Of a stretch of 37,454 nucleotides of DNA, positions 9,473 through 17,713 are shown piece by piece. The notes under the pieces were generated by a model. It made no database searches and was not told the origin of the DNA. It saw only the letters and a list, made by a program, of their open reading frames with translations. Each line of letters opens with the position of its first letter. Position 1 is the first letter of the stretch. The position numbers were made by a program, and so were the translations under genes. Source of the DNA: Clostridiaceae bacterium (GTDB lineage: Bacteria > Bacillota > Clostridia > Acetivibrionales > DUMC01); NCBI GenBank assembly GCA_012512865.1, contig JAAZDH010000115.1:1-37454 (forward strand). Reading direction: 5' to 3'.

Positions 9473-10017
9473 AAGAAATTTTTAAGAAATTTCTAAGAAA
9501 AATTTAATTAAGATTTTAGCTAAAAATGTGTTATTATTTATGTAGGAAAAACATAGAAGAAATTGCAACATTAGAAAATCCGGGCGGGGGATTGATATTG
9601 CTCTGTGGGAGATGGTCTTTGCATTGGGATTGACGGGGAGCAACGTGATAGATATTTGAGTAATGCGAGACAGTCATAATATTGCCAGGCTGTTGATATA
9701 CTTTTGATATATATTTTATATATAAATATGCTGTTGATGTGAAAAACTAATACCAGGGCGGTAAAAGGCATTAAAGCGGTAAAAAGGTAAGAACATGCTG
9801 GCAAAGGTAAAACTGGTGAAACTGGTAATGATTAGATAAAAAAGAAGTTGATATTAAACTTCTATTGATAGATAATAATAGTACAAGGTTATAAAGTAAA
9901 TATAATAATAAATATAAAATATTTAAATATGTTTAAAACGATACGCTTAAAATGACACGCTTGTAACAATATATTGCTATATTGCTGACAGCTGGTGCAT
10001 AAGGAGGAGAAATAAGT

Positions 10018-11922
10018 TTGGAAGAACTTGTTTACAGGAAAAATGCCGGCAGCAACATTATAAAGAATATGCAAGATAAACTGTTATCCAGGGAATTATT
10101 CTACTGGTTGTATTTTTTCCTGTCTATTATGCTGAAGTGCCTGTATTTCCAGTTTACAACCAAGATTAATACCGGGCCTGTTTTTTCGCAGGAAAACATC
10201 CCGATGTTTTTTGCATCGTTTTTTATACTGGTTATAATAACATCGCCAATCAGCCTGCTCCGCGGTAAGAACCGGCTGACGGCATTATTCATTCTTAACC
10301 TGGCACTATCCGTGCTTCTTGCAAGCGATACCAATTTCTTTAGGTACTACTATAGCATACTGACCATCCCCGTTATACTCCAGGCGGATATCAAGCTTTT
10401 GAACTCCGTTAATCAAAGCATAATCAGCCTTTTTAAAATAAAAGATTTAATTTATATTGCGGATTTGCCGGTTTTACTTATTTGGCTTGTAAGCCTGCGT
10501 AAAAGGGAAGTATTGAAAACACGCTTTCCAGTTAGACTTGCGGGATTTGTCATGTCCTTTTTACTAGGTTTGTCGGGATTTTTGGCAGTATACAGCGGCA
10601 TAACGCTTGATGCACTCGTTTACAGCGGGAATTTCGTGGCAAAAAAGCTTGGCGTGTTGTATTCCCATCTAGACAACACGAAAATGTATATCAGGGACAA
10701 TATTATTGATGAAAACGAATTAACAAGCAAGGAAATAGAATATGTCAGGAAATTCTTCAACCAAAAGACCGACCCGGGAAGAAAATTCAGGGGTGTCGCA
10801 AAAGGTAAAAACTTAATCGTGGTGCAGGTGGAAGCCCTTCAAGGCTTTATGATCAACACCGAGGTGGGAGGAAAGGAAATCACCCCCAACTTAAACAGGT
10901 TGATCAAGGAAAGCCTGTATTTTGACAATATGTATTACCAGATTGCAGGGGGTAATACTTCTGATTCCGAGTTCGTGTTTAATAATTCTTTGTTTCCTGC
11001 TAGGGAAGGGGCTGTATATATAAGGTACCCGGAAAACATGTATCACTCGCTGCCTAAAATATTGAATGAGCAGGGATATAATACCTATGCTCTCCATGCC
11101 TTTACGGCCCATTTCTGGAACAGGACCGAAATGTACAAATCACAGGGATTCAACAAGTTTATTGATTCTGATTACTACGAAATGGATGAATTTGCATGCT
11201 GGGAAGGGAATGCATTAAGCGATTCATCCTTTTTCAGGCAGTCCTTTGACAAGATTGATACGTCATCGGCGCCTTTTTATACGTTTTTCGTAACTCTTTC
11301 CAGCCACCATCCCTTCAACTATTTCGAGGATTATGAATTTGATGTGGGGGAACTGCAGGGAACCTTTCTTGGCAATTTCATAAAGGCTATAAACTACGCG
11401 GATAAATGCCTGGGAGAATTCATAGAGCAGCTTAAGGAGAGAGGATTGTACGACAATTCCCTCCTTGTCATATACGGGGACCACTCGGGCGTACCCAAGC
11501 ACGAGGCTGACCAGCTGATGGATTTTTTGGGGCTTGAATACAGCGAGGTGGAATGGATAAAGCTGCAAAAAATACCGTGCATTATACATTACCCGGGGCT
11601 TAAGAATGGAGAAGTTGTAAGTACAACCTCAGGAATTATCGACCTGTTGCCTACCATTGCCAACCTAATGGATTTGGAAGCGCCTTATACGCTTGGAAGG
11701 GATTTTTTGAATTCAAATGAAAAGGGCCATGTTATCTTGAGAAACGGCAACGTGATTACAGACGATTATGTCTATTTTAATGAACTGGGAGAAGTTTATG
11801 ACATTAAAACCGGGAAGCTTTTGAAAATGAAGGACTATGAAAAGAAACTCAAAACCTTGCTGAACAAGCTTTATATCTCTGATTTAATAATCGAGAAAGA
11901 TGTCTTTTGCGTGCTTAAATGA
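10018..11922 (+). CDS. LTA synthase family protein (LtaS-like sulfatase-domain phosphoglycerol transferase)
   Basis: An N-terminal multi-TM region is followed by an extracellular sulfatase/alkaline-phosphatase-like domain (VVQVEALQ, GNTSDSEF, LSSHHPF, YGDHSG). The TTG start at 10018 sits 10 nt after AAGGAGG (10001-10007). Confidence 0.85.
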   Translation: MEELVYRKNAGSNIIKNMQDKLLSRELFYWLYFFLSIMLKCLYFQFTTKINTGPVFSQENIPMFFASFFILVIITSPISLLRGKNRLTALFILNLALSVLLASDTNFFRYYYSILTIPVILQADIKLLNSVNQSIISLFKIKDLIYIADLPVLLIWLVSLRKREVLKTRFPVRLAGFVMSFLLGLSGFLAVYSGITLDALVYSGNFVAKKLGVLYSHLDNTKMYIRDNIIDENELTSKEIEYVRKFFNQKTDPGRKFRGVAKGKNLIVVQVEALQGFMINTEVGGKEITPNLNRLIKESLYFDNMYYQIAGGNTSDSEFVFNNSLFPAREGAVYIRYPENMYHSLPKILNEQGYNTYALHAFTAHFWNRTEMYKSQGFNKFIDSDYYEMDEFACWEGNALSDSSFFRQSFDKIDTSSAPFYTFFVTLSSHHPFNYFEDYEFDVGELQGTFLGNFIKAINYADKCLGEFIEQLKERGLYDNSLLVIYGDHSGVPKHEADQLMDFLGLEYSEVEWIKLQKIPCIIHYPGLKNGEVVSTTSGIIDLLPTIANLMDLEAPYTLGRDFLNSNEKGHVILRNGNVITDDYVYFNELGEVYDIKTGKLLKMKDYEKKLKTLLNKLYISDLIIEKDVFCVLK

Positions 11923-12250
11923 AGATAGAGAGTTTAAGCGGGCTTTTTCCCGTCAAATCCTTCCTGGCGTTTTGCGGCATTTTGCCAGTGTTTTTCGACC
12001 TGGGTAACCAAGTTCACGGATTGCATCTTCTACATGTTTGTCATACTTGTTGTAGTGCTGGATTTGCCTTTTCATATTCTTTTTTAATGCGTATGGATAT
12101 TCTCTATACTCATGCAGGGTCCATAATTTTTCTCATGTAGGAGTCTATAGTTTTGTTAGCATGTCCAATCTTTTTTTAACAAGCGCAAAACTTCCTTTAA
12201 GCGGGAAAATATCCCATATTATAACCAAAAATACCCAAATATATTTAATA

Positions 12251-12279
12251 TTGACAAGTTGAATTTCGTCATGTATAAT
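12251..12279 (+). promoter_or_regulatory. consensus sigma-A promoter in front of the Tad-like block
   Basis: TTGACA (12251-12256), an exactly 17-nt spacer, then TATAAT (12274-12279). It lies about 95 nt upstream of the first gene. Confidence 0.6.
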
Positions 12280-12370
12280 ATTACCATAATAGGTAGTTAA
12301 TATATAAAATGGCATATATATAGAAATTCCATGAAATTATTAAAGGCAGTGTAATTAATTAATTATATGT

Positions 12371-13795
12371 GTGATGGAGAATGTGATGAACAGGGGGATT
12401 AATACTGCTATGATGAGGTTGAGCTTGGTAATTGCAGACAAAGATAAAGCATACGTTGAAAGCCTTACGGGGTTTTTAACGGATAAATATCCGCAAAAAT
12501 TTAGAGTCAGCTTTTTTACAGATAAAAATCATCTTGCAGATTTTCTTATGAAAAGCGGTGAAAAAGTGGAGGTGCTCCTAATTTCCCCCGAACTATACGA
12601 TGAGTTGAAATCCTGTTGTCATGCATTCTATGCCAATTACAAAAAAATCAATGTGAATTGTCATGGGATTAACGGCAATCATCAAGAATTTAATACAAAT
12701 TGCCGCGAATTTAACGGCAATTACCATGGACCCGGTGCAAGCCACCATGAATTCAATACCGAAGAGTACAAGGAAAAAGTTCCTGTTATCATACTGCTGG
12801 TTGGCAATGATGTTCCCCGCGAGTCCTATGCCTTTAATACCATTTTCAAGTACCAGCATGGAGATAAATTAGTGAGTGATATTATCGGCATATACGAAAG
12901 CAAGTATGAGAATTCAGGGCTGTCTTTAAAACATGCGGGGAAATGCGAAGAATACAGTGAGAAAAAAGGACAAGGGGATGTGAATAAAACATGGCTGGTT
13001 TCAGTCTATTCACCTGCCGGGGGTGCAGGAAAGACCACGATTGCAGTGAATTCATGTATTCAATGCGCACGGGAAGGGATGAAGGCATTGTACCTGAACC
13101 TTGAGAGTATTAGCTCGACACCATGTTTTTTTGAATGCGATTTAAACAATGAACCCAGTAATAATTTCTCAACCATTATACTGGCGGCAAAAGAAAAGAA
13201 TAAGAACCTGTATGCCAAAATCGAGGGCATGAAACTTGTTGACGCGGTGCATAATATCCACTATTTGCTCCCGCCTGACAGCTCACTGGAGGTGGAGGAA
13301 ATGCTGCCGGACGAAATCAAGTACTTGCTTCGAGAAATTACATTGACGGGGTATTATGACGTAGTTTTTGCGGACCTGGACAGTTCCCTGGCCGTACGAA
13401 ACCTGGCCGTAATGGAAGAGAGCGACAATATAATATTGGTCCATACCCCTGGAATTGTATCAAGACAGAAAATACTGGGTTTTTACAAGGAGCTTGGAAT
13501 TTATCGCCGGCTAAAGGGAGTGAATTTGCAAGAGAAACTGGTTTTGGTAGTGAACAGGTACGATGAGAGCATCCCGGAAAAAATCAAGGATGATATTGAT
13601 GTGATATGTGCAACCATGGGAATAGAGCAATATTTTAAAATCCCGGTTGGCAACCAGGCTGCAGGATACACGGGGGACTATCTTAGGCTGGGTTTGCATG
13701 GCAGGAGCAGGACGGGGGAGCAGGATGGGCTAACCAGGGAAATACGCAAGCTCGTGGACAAGTATATAAAGGCAGGAAGTGCAACCGTAATGTAA
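12371..13795 (+). CDS. tadZ: TadZ/CpaE-like ParA/MinD-family ATPase with N-terminal pseudo-receiver domain
   Basis: - The N-terminus (MRLSLVIADKDKAYVESL...VEVLLISPEL) is receiver-like, but the phospho-acceptor position is Ser.
- The C-terminal half has a deviant Walker A, SPAGGAGKTTIAV, and a MinD/ParA-like fold.
- It sits immediately upstream of CpaF.
- The start is uncertain: GTG 12371, ATG 12386 or ATG 12410. Confidence 0.75.
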   Translation: MMENVMNRGINTAMMRLSLVIADKDKAYVESLTGFLTDKYPQKFRVSFFTDKNHLADFLMKSGEKVEVLLISPELYDELKSCCHAFYANYKKINVNCHGINGNHQEFNTNCREFNGNYHGPGASHHEFNTEEYKEKVPVIILLVGNDVPRESYAFNTIFKYQHGDKLVSDIIGIYESKYENSGLSLKHAGKCEEYSEKKGQGDVNKTWLVSVYSPAGGAGKTTIAVNSCIQCAREGMKALYLNLESISSTPCFFECDLNNEPSNNFSTIILAAKEKNKNLYAKIEGMKLVDAVHNIHYLLPPDSSLEVEEMLPDEIKYLLREITLTGYYDVVFADLDSSLAVRNLAVMEESDNIILVHTPGIVSRQKILGFYKELGIYRRLKGVNLQEKLVLVVNRYDESIPEKIKDDIDVICATMGIEQYFKIPVGNQAAGYTGDYLRLGLHGRSRTGEQDGLTREIRKLVDKYIKAGSATVM

Positions 13796-13839
13796 CAGCA
13801 TGGCGTACTGCCGAGGGGGAGAGCTACTGGAATGAGGGG

Positions 13840-15081
13840 GTGGCAGTGATTACGCGTAATATTGATAATATTGTAGAAGATATAAGGGAAAGTGTTAACG
13901 ATAAGGTGGATGCCGGGAAGGCCATATCCGATGAGGAGATAAAAGAATTAATAACCACAGAGGTTTTTAAAAAGTCACGGGATTCTTATATCAGCATGAA
14001 AGAAAAACAGGAAATAATCAGGGTGATTTTTAATTCCATGAGAGGTTTGGGGATTTTACAGCCTCTTATCGATGACCACACCATAACCGAAATAATGGTA
14101 AACGGCCCCGGGGATATTTTTATCGAGCGGGACGGGTGCATATACAAGCAAGATATAAAGTTTGAAAGCGAGGAAAAGTTGGAAGACATAATCCAATCAA
14201 TAGTTTCAAGGGCCAACAGGACGGTGAATGAAGCATCGCCCATCGTGGATGCCAGGCTCAAGGATGGCTCGCGGGTGAATGTTGTTTTAAAACCTATAGC
14301 GCTAAACGGGCCGGTCATGACGATACGAAAGTTCCCGGATGAGCCCGTTACAATGGATAAGCTGGTGGAACTGGGTTCCATAACCCGTGAAGCGGCTGAT
14401 TTTTTAAGGAAGCTCGTGAGGGCGAAATACAACATTTTTATATGTGGAGGTGCAGGCTCGGGGAAAACCACGTTTTTAAACGCCTTGTCAAATTTTATAC
14501 CGGGGGATGAAAGAATCATAACCATTGAGGATTCTGCCGAGCTCAGGATAACAGGCGTAAAAAACCTTGTCAGGCTGGAGACGAGAAACGAGAACCTGGA
14601 AGGCAAGGGAAGGATAAGCATGCGTGACCTTATAAGGACAAGCTTGAGAATGAGGCCTGAAAGAATAATCGTCGGGGAGGTAAGGGGTGAAGAAGCCCTG
14701 GACATGCTTCAGGCAATGAATACAGGCCATGACGGGTCATTATCAACGGGCCACGGGAATTCTCCCAAGGATATGCTAAGCAGGCTCGAGACCATGGTGC
14801 TGAGTGCGGCGCCATTGCCGCTCCAGGCAATACGCCAGCAAATAGCTTCCGCGATTGAAATAATAGTGCACCTGTCAAGGATGAGGGACAAATCAAGGAA
14901 AACCTTGGAAATAACCGAGGTCTGCGGTATCGAGGATGGCCAGGTGGTATTGAATCCCCTGTTTATTTTCGAGGATGAAGGCGATACAAAAGAAGGCCTG
15001 GTAAAAGGCTCCCTGAGGAGAACGGGCAATGAAATGAGAAGAAAAGCCAAGTTCAAAATGGCAGGGATGGCAGCGGGATGA
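13840..15081 (+). CDS. tadA: CpaF/TadA family type II/IV secretion ATPase
   Basis: Walker A is GGAGSGKTTFLNAL. IITIEDSAEL and RMRPERIIVGEVRGEEALDMLQAMNTGHDGSLSTGHGNS are the diagnostic T2SSE/CpaF boxes. The start is GTG 13840 or GTG 13846, after GAGGGGG. Confidence 0.92.
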   Translation: MAVITRNIDNIVEDIRESVNDKVDAGKAISDEEIKELITTEVFKKSRDSYISMKEKQEIIRVIFNSMRGLGILQPLIDDHTITEIMVNGPGDIFIERDGCIYKQDIKFESEEKLEDIIQSIVSRANRTVNEASPIVDARLKDGSRVNVVLKPIALNGPVMTIRKFPDEPVTMDKLVELGSITREAADFLRKLVRAKYNIFICGGAGSGKTTFLNALSNFIPGDERIITIEDSAELRITGVKNLVRLETRNENLEGKGRISMRDLIRTSLRMRPERIIVGEVRGEEALDMLQAMNTGHDGSLSTGHGNSPKDMLSRLETMVLSAAPLPLQAIRQQIASAIEIIVHLSRMRDKSRKTLEITEVCGIEDGQVVLNPLFIFEDEGDTKEGLVKGSLRRTGNEMRRKAKFKMAGMAAG

Positions 15082-15335
15082 AAGCCGTACTGAAAGGAGG
15101 GTATGAATTAAAGCCAAGGCCGGTTGTATAAAAGGCAGTGCAAAAGTCAGCAAAAAGCCAGTATAGAAGGTGATATGAAAGGCAACATGGAGGTATGAAA
15201 GACGGCATGAAAGGGGGTATGAAAGAGGATGTGAAAGGAGGTGTGCAAGACAGCATGAAAGGGGGTATGGAAGGTGGTATGAAAGACAGCATGAAAGGTG
15301 GTATGGGAAGCAGTATGAAAGGCGGTATGAAAAAC
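15078..15335. repeat. purine-rich degenerate 12-nt tandem array (ATGAAAGGNGGT-like) filling the tadA-tadB spacer
   Basis: Eleven phase-exact 12-nt units span 15195-15326. Out-of-phase copies lie at 15078-15101 and 15175-15194. Read in frame, the array gives (M-K-G-G)n. Confidence 0.85.
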
Positions 15336-16078
15336 ATGGACTATAATACATACGTCATGCCCGTGAGAGAAAAACTGTTCAACATTATTAAAATAGCACC
15401 GTTGATTTACCTTCTTGGATTTTTGTTTTACAAGAATCACCTATTGAGTACCGTGCTTTGCATGGGTGCCTTGTTTTATCCCCGTTTGAAAGTAAAGGCA
15501 ATAATAAGGAAAAGGAAGGAAGAGCTTAACTTGCAGTTTAAGGACATGCTTTATTCCCTTAAATCTTCCCTGTGGGCCGGAAAGCCTATCGAGCTTGCCT
15601 TCGGGGAAGTAACAAAAGACCTTTGTATCCTTTATCCCGACCCTTCAGCTCCAATTATACAGGAGAGCTCCCTTATAGTAAAAAAGCTTGAAATGAATAA
15701 CACGGTGGAATCGGCGTTTTCGAATTTTGCCGAAAGGTCCGGGGTTGACGACATTAAAGATTTTGCAGAAGTGCTTAAAATTTGCAAGAGAACGGGGGGG
15801 GAAACCTGGTTGAAGTTGTAAAGAGAACCTCTTCCATTATTAGCGACAGGATTGAAATGGAACAAGATATTAACACGATGCTTGCCCAGAGGAACCTGGA
15901 GAGGAGAGTCCTGAATGTGGCGCCTGTCATCGTCCTTGCTCTTTTGTCAATTTCCGCTGCAGATTACATGGCCCCGGTGTATAACACCGCTGCCGGGATG
16001 ATGGTTATGACAGTGGCAGCGTTATTGCTTGTTGGAGCATATTATTTATCAAAAAAGATAATGGACATTAAAATATGA
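15336..16078 (+). pseudogene. tadB: TadB-like type II secretion system F-family membrane protein, interrupted by a frameshift in a G8 run
   Basis: - ORFs 15195-15821 and 15782-16078 overlap at GGGGGGGG (15794-15801).
- Joining them gives ...LKICKRTGG(G)NLVEVVKRTSSIISDRIEMEQDI..., the conserved T2SSF core.
- The frame is restored by G9 or G6.
- The probable true start is ATG 15336 (MDYNTYVMP...), downstream of the repeat array. Confidence 0.7.
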
Positions 16079-16297
16079 TGCAGAAAAACGCGGTGTTTGT
16101 CCCTGGAAACCTTTGATGAGGCAGCTTTACGGGTAATAAAGATTTAGCAATAGCAACATGGAATAAGCAACATTGGAGTGAGCATATAAAAATATGCAAA
16201 TAAAGTTTAAAAATATACAAATTAAGTTTAAGAAGCAAAACATACAAGTAAACCATACAAAAAAGACGAAATTAAATGAAACGGGGATGCGGTTGGG

Positions 16298-17209
16298 ATG
16301 CTGGTATTGTTTTTTGTCACGCTGCTTGCAGTAAGTATATTTCTTCTTCTTTCGTCCGGGAAGTATGATGAACTTGTAAAATGCGTGGATGAAAAGCAGA
16401 ACAAGTTAATAAGAATGCTTTTGCCTGTCGGGTTTTACATCATGGACATGATTGGATATAAGTATACCACCCGTTATGACAAGCTGTGCCTTGCAAAACT
16501 GACAGAAATCCACGGGGCAAAACGTGCGAGGCTCTACTTGAAAATCCATTGGGCTGGTAAAATTGCGGTTTTAATACTGGGGATTCTTACGGTTTCATTA
16601 ACAGGTATGGGGATGGAGATGGGACCCAACCGTGTTGCAAGCGGAGGGGAAGGGGGAAAAGGAAGCGGTGATATAGCATTTATTATATTTGGAGTTTTAT
16701 TAATTGCAAGCATGGCTTTCTTACATGACAAGGAACTGGAAAAAAGGCTAAAGAAAAGACGCCTTTCAATAAGCATAGATTTCCCGGGATTTTTAAACAA
16801 GATGACTCTCCTTGTTAATGCCGGCCTTACGGTAAGAAAAGCGTGGGAAAAAATAGCACAGGAAAGCCCCAGCGATTCAGATTTTTACAAGGAGGTAAAC
16901 GCCGTGATTGGTGAAATAAATGCGGGAAAACCTGAACTGAAGGCATATGAAGACTTTGCAAGAAGATGCAGGACGGCGGAAGTGGCAAGGTTCGTTACAA
17001 TTCTCCTTCAGAACATCAGGAAAGGCAACGAGGAAATGGTGTCAATTCTGCGGGTGCTTTCAAACGAAAGCTGGGATACGCGGAAAAATATTGCCAGGAA
17101 ACTGGGCGAGGAAGCTTCCACGAAAATGATAGTACCTTTAATGCTTATGTTCATTGCAATATTAATTATTGTTGCAGCACCTGCCATAATGGCAATTTCG
17201 GGACTGTAG
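16298..17209 (+). CDS. tadC: TadC-like type II secretion system F-family membrane protein
   Basis: An N-terminal TM helix is followed by a cytoplasmic T2SSF-type domain (FLNKMTLLVNAGLTVRKAWEKIAQES ... ARRCRTAEVARFVTILLQNIRKGN) and C-terminal TM helices. The position after tadB is typical. Confidence 0.75.
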   Translation: MLVLFFVTLLAVSIFLLLSSGKYDELVKCVDEKQNKLIRMLLPVGFYIMDMIGYKYTTRYDKLCLAKLTEIHGAKRARLYLKIHWAGKIAVLILGILTVSLTGMGMEMGPNRVASGGEGGKGSGDIAFIIFGVLLIASMAFLHDKELEKRLKKRRLSISIDFPGFLNKMTLLVNAGLTVRKAWEKIAQESPSDSDFYKEVNAVIGEINAGKPELKAYEDFARRCRTAEVARFVTILLQNIRKGNEEMVSILRVLSNESWDTRKNIARKLGEEASTKMIVPLMLMFIAILIIVAAPAIMAISGL

Positions 17210-17236
17210 GCAGGCCATAAAATACGCTGAAATAGT

Positions 17237-17323
17237 ATGATTGCAATAGGACGGCTTGAGGTTCTTGAATTGCGATAATCAGCTTGCATAGCCCGCTTGC
17301 AATGATTAGCCTGCAATTGATAG
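17237..17323. repeat. five TTGCAAT-core repeats (about 14-bp period) upstream of the pilin gene
   Basis: The cores are TTGCAAT at 17241, TTGCGAT at 17270, TTGCATA at 17284, TTGCAAT at 17297 and CTGCAAT at 17311. The last three are contiguous 14-15-bp units. Confidence 0.75.
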
Positions 17324-17437
17324 TCAGGGTGCTAAATACGTTGCAGCCCGCAGTGGCTATAAAATGCTTCAACGCTACCCAGTGCTGTACTAAGAACTAT
17401 AATGTGTAATTTTGTAAATTTAGCGAGGTGATAAGGG

Positions 17438-17653
17438 ATGATGATACCGTTAAAAGCTTTTATAAGAAGGGAAGAGGGCATAGGAACGGTTGAAATCGTG
17501 ATAATCATTGCCGTGCTGGTTGGAATTGCCCTCATTTTCAGGGACGCGATTATTAATTTTGCAGTAGAGCTGATGAGAAGTATTTTCGGAAATGAAAATA
17601 TTATTAATGATATAAACAGCAGCGGCATAAGAGATAACAATCCTGTCAATTAA
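17438..17653 (+). CDS. flp: Flp1-like (Firmicute type) Tad prepilin
   Basis: This 71-aa protein has a short charged leader (MMIPLKAFIRREEG) and then IGTVEIVIIIAVLVGIALIF. Cleavage after Gly14 would put Glu at +5 of the mature protein, as in type IV/Flp prepilins. A strong SD (GAGGTGA) is present. Confidence 0.65.
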   Translation: MMIPLKAFIRREEGIGTVEIVIIIAVLVGIALIFRDAIINFAVELMRSIFGNENIINDINSSGIRDNNPVN

Positions 17654-17713
17654 GAATCCAAGTAATTGAAAGTTTGAGAACAAGGTAAAGAACCAGGGAG
17701 GGGATGGACATTA

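Noticed and set aside
9581-9650. A possible c-di-AMP (ydaO-type) or c-di-GMP riboswitch upstream of ltaS, suggested by the GCGGGGGA and ACGGGGAGCAA strings.
   Set aside because: Only short G-rich words match my memory of those consensus sequences. The conserved second half of the ydaO motif and the GEMM tetraloop/receptor features are not visible. A covariance-model scan is needed before any claim.
11919-12140. A + strand 73-aa ORF downstream of ltaS.
   Set aside because: It is hydrophobic and Cys/Phe-rich with no SD, it overlaps the ltaS stop, and it lies opposite the more protein-like (though degenerate) HTH-type frame on the - strand.
15195-15335. Taking ATG 15195 as the real tadB start, so that TadB carries an (MKGG)11 N-terminal tail.
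   Set aside because: This is not excluded, but the tail is pure repeat and many equivalent ATGs exist. The conserved TadB body starts at MDYNTYVMP (15336). It is kept as a question in the findings rather than as the annotated start.
15053-15440. Three overlapping - strand ORFs (14893-15351, 15053-15337, 15147-15440) with HT/FH/PF-rich repeats.
   Set aside because: They are the reverse-complement reading of the 12-nt purine-rich array. They are repeat artefacts with no start context.
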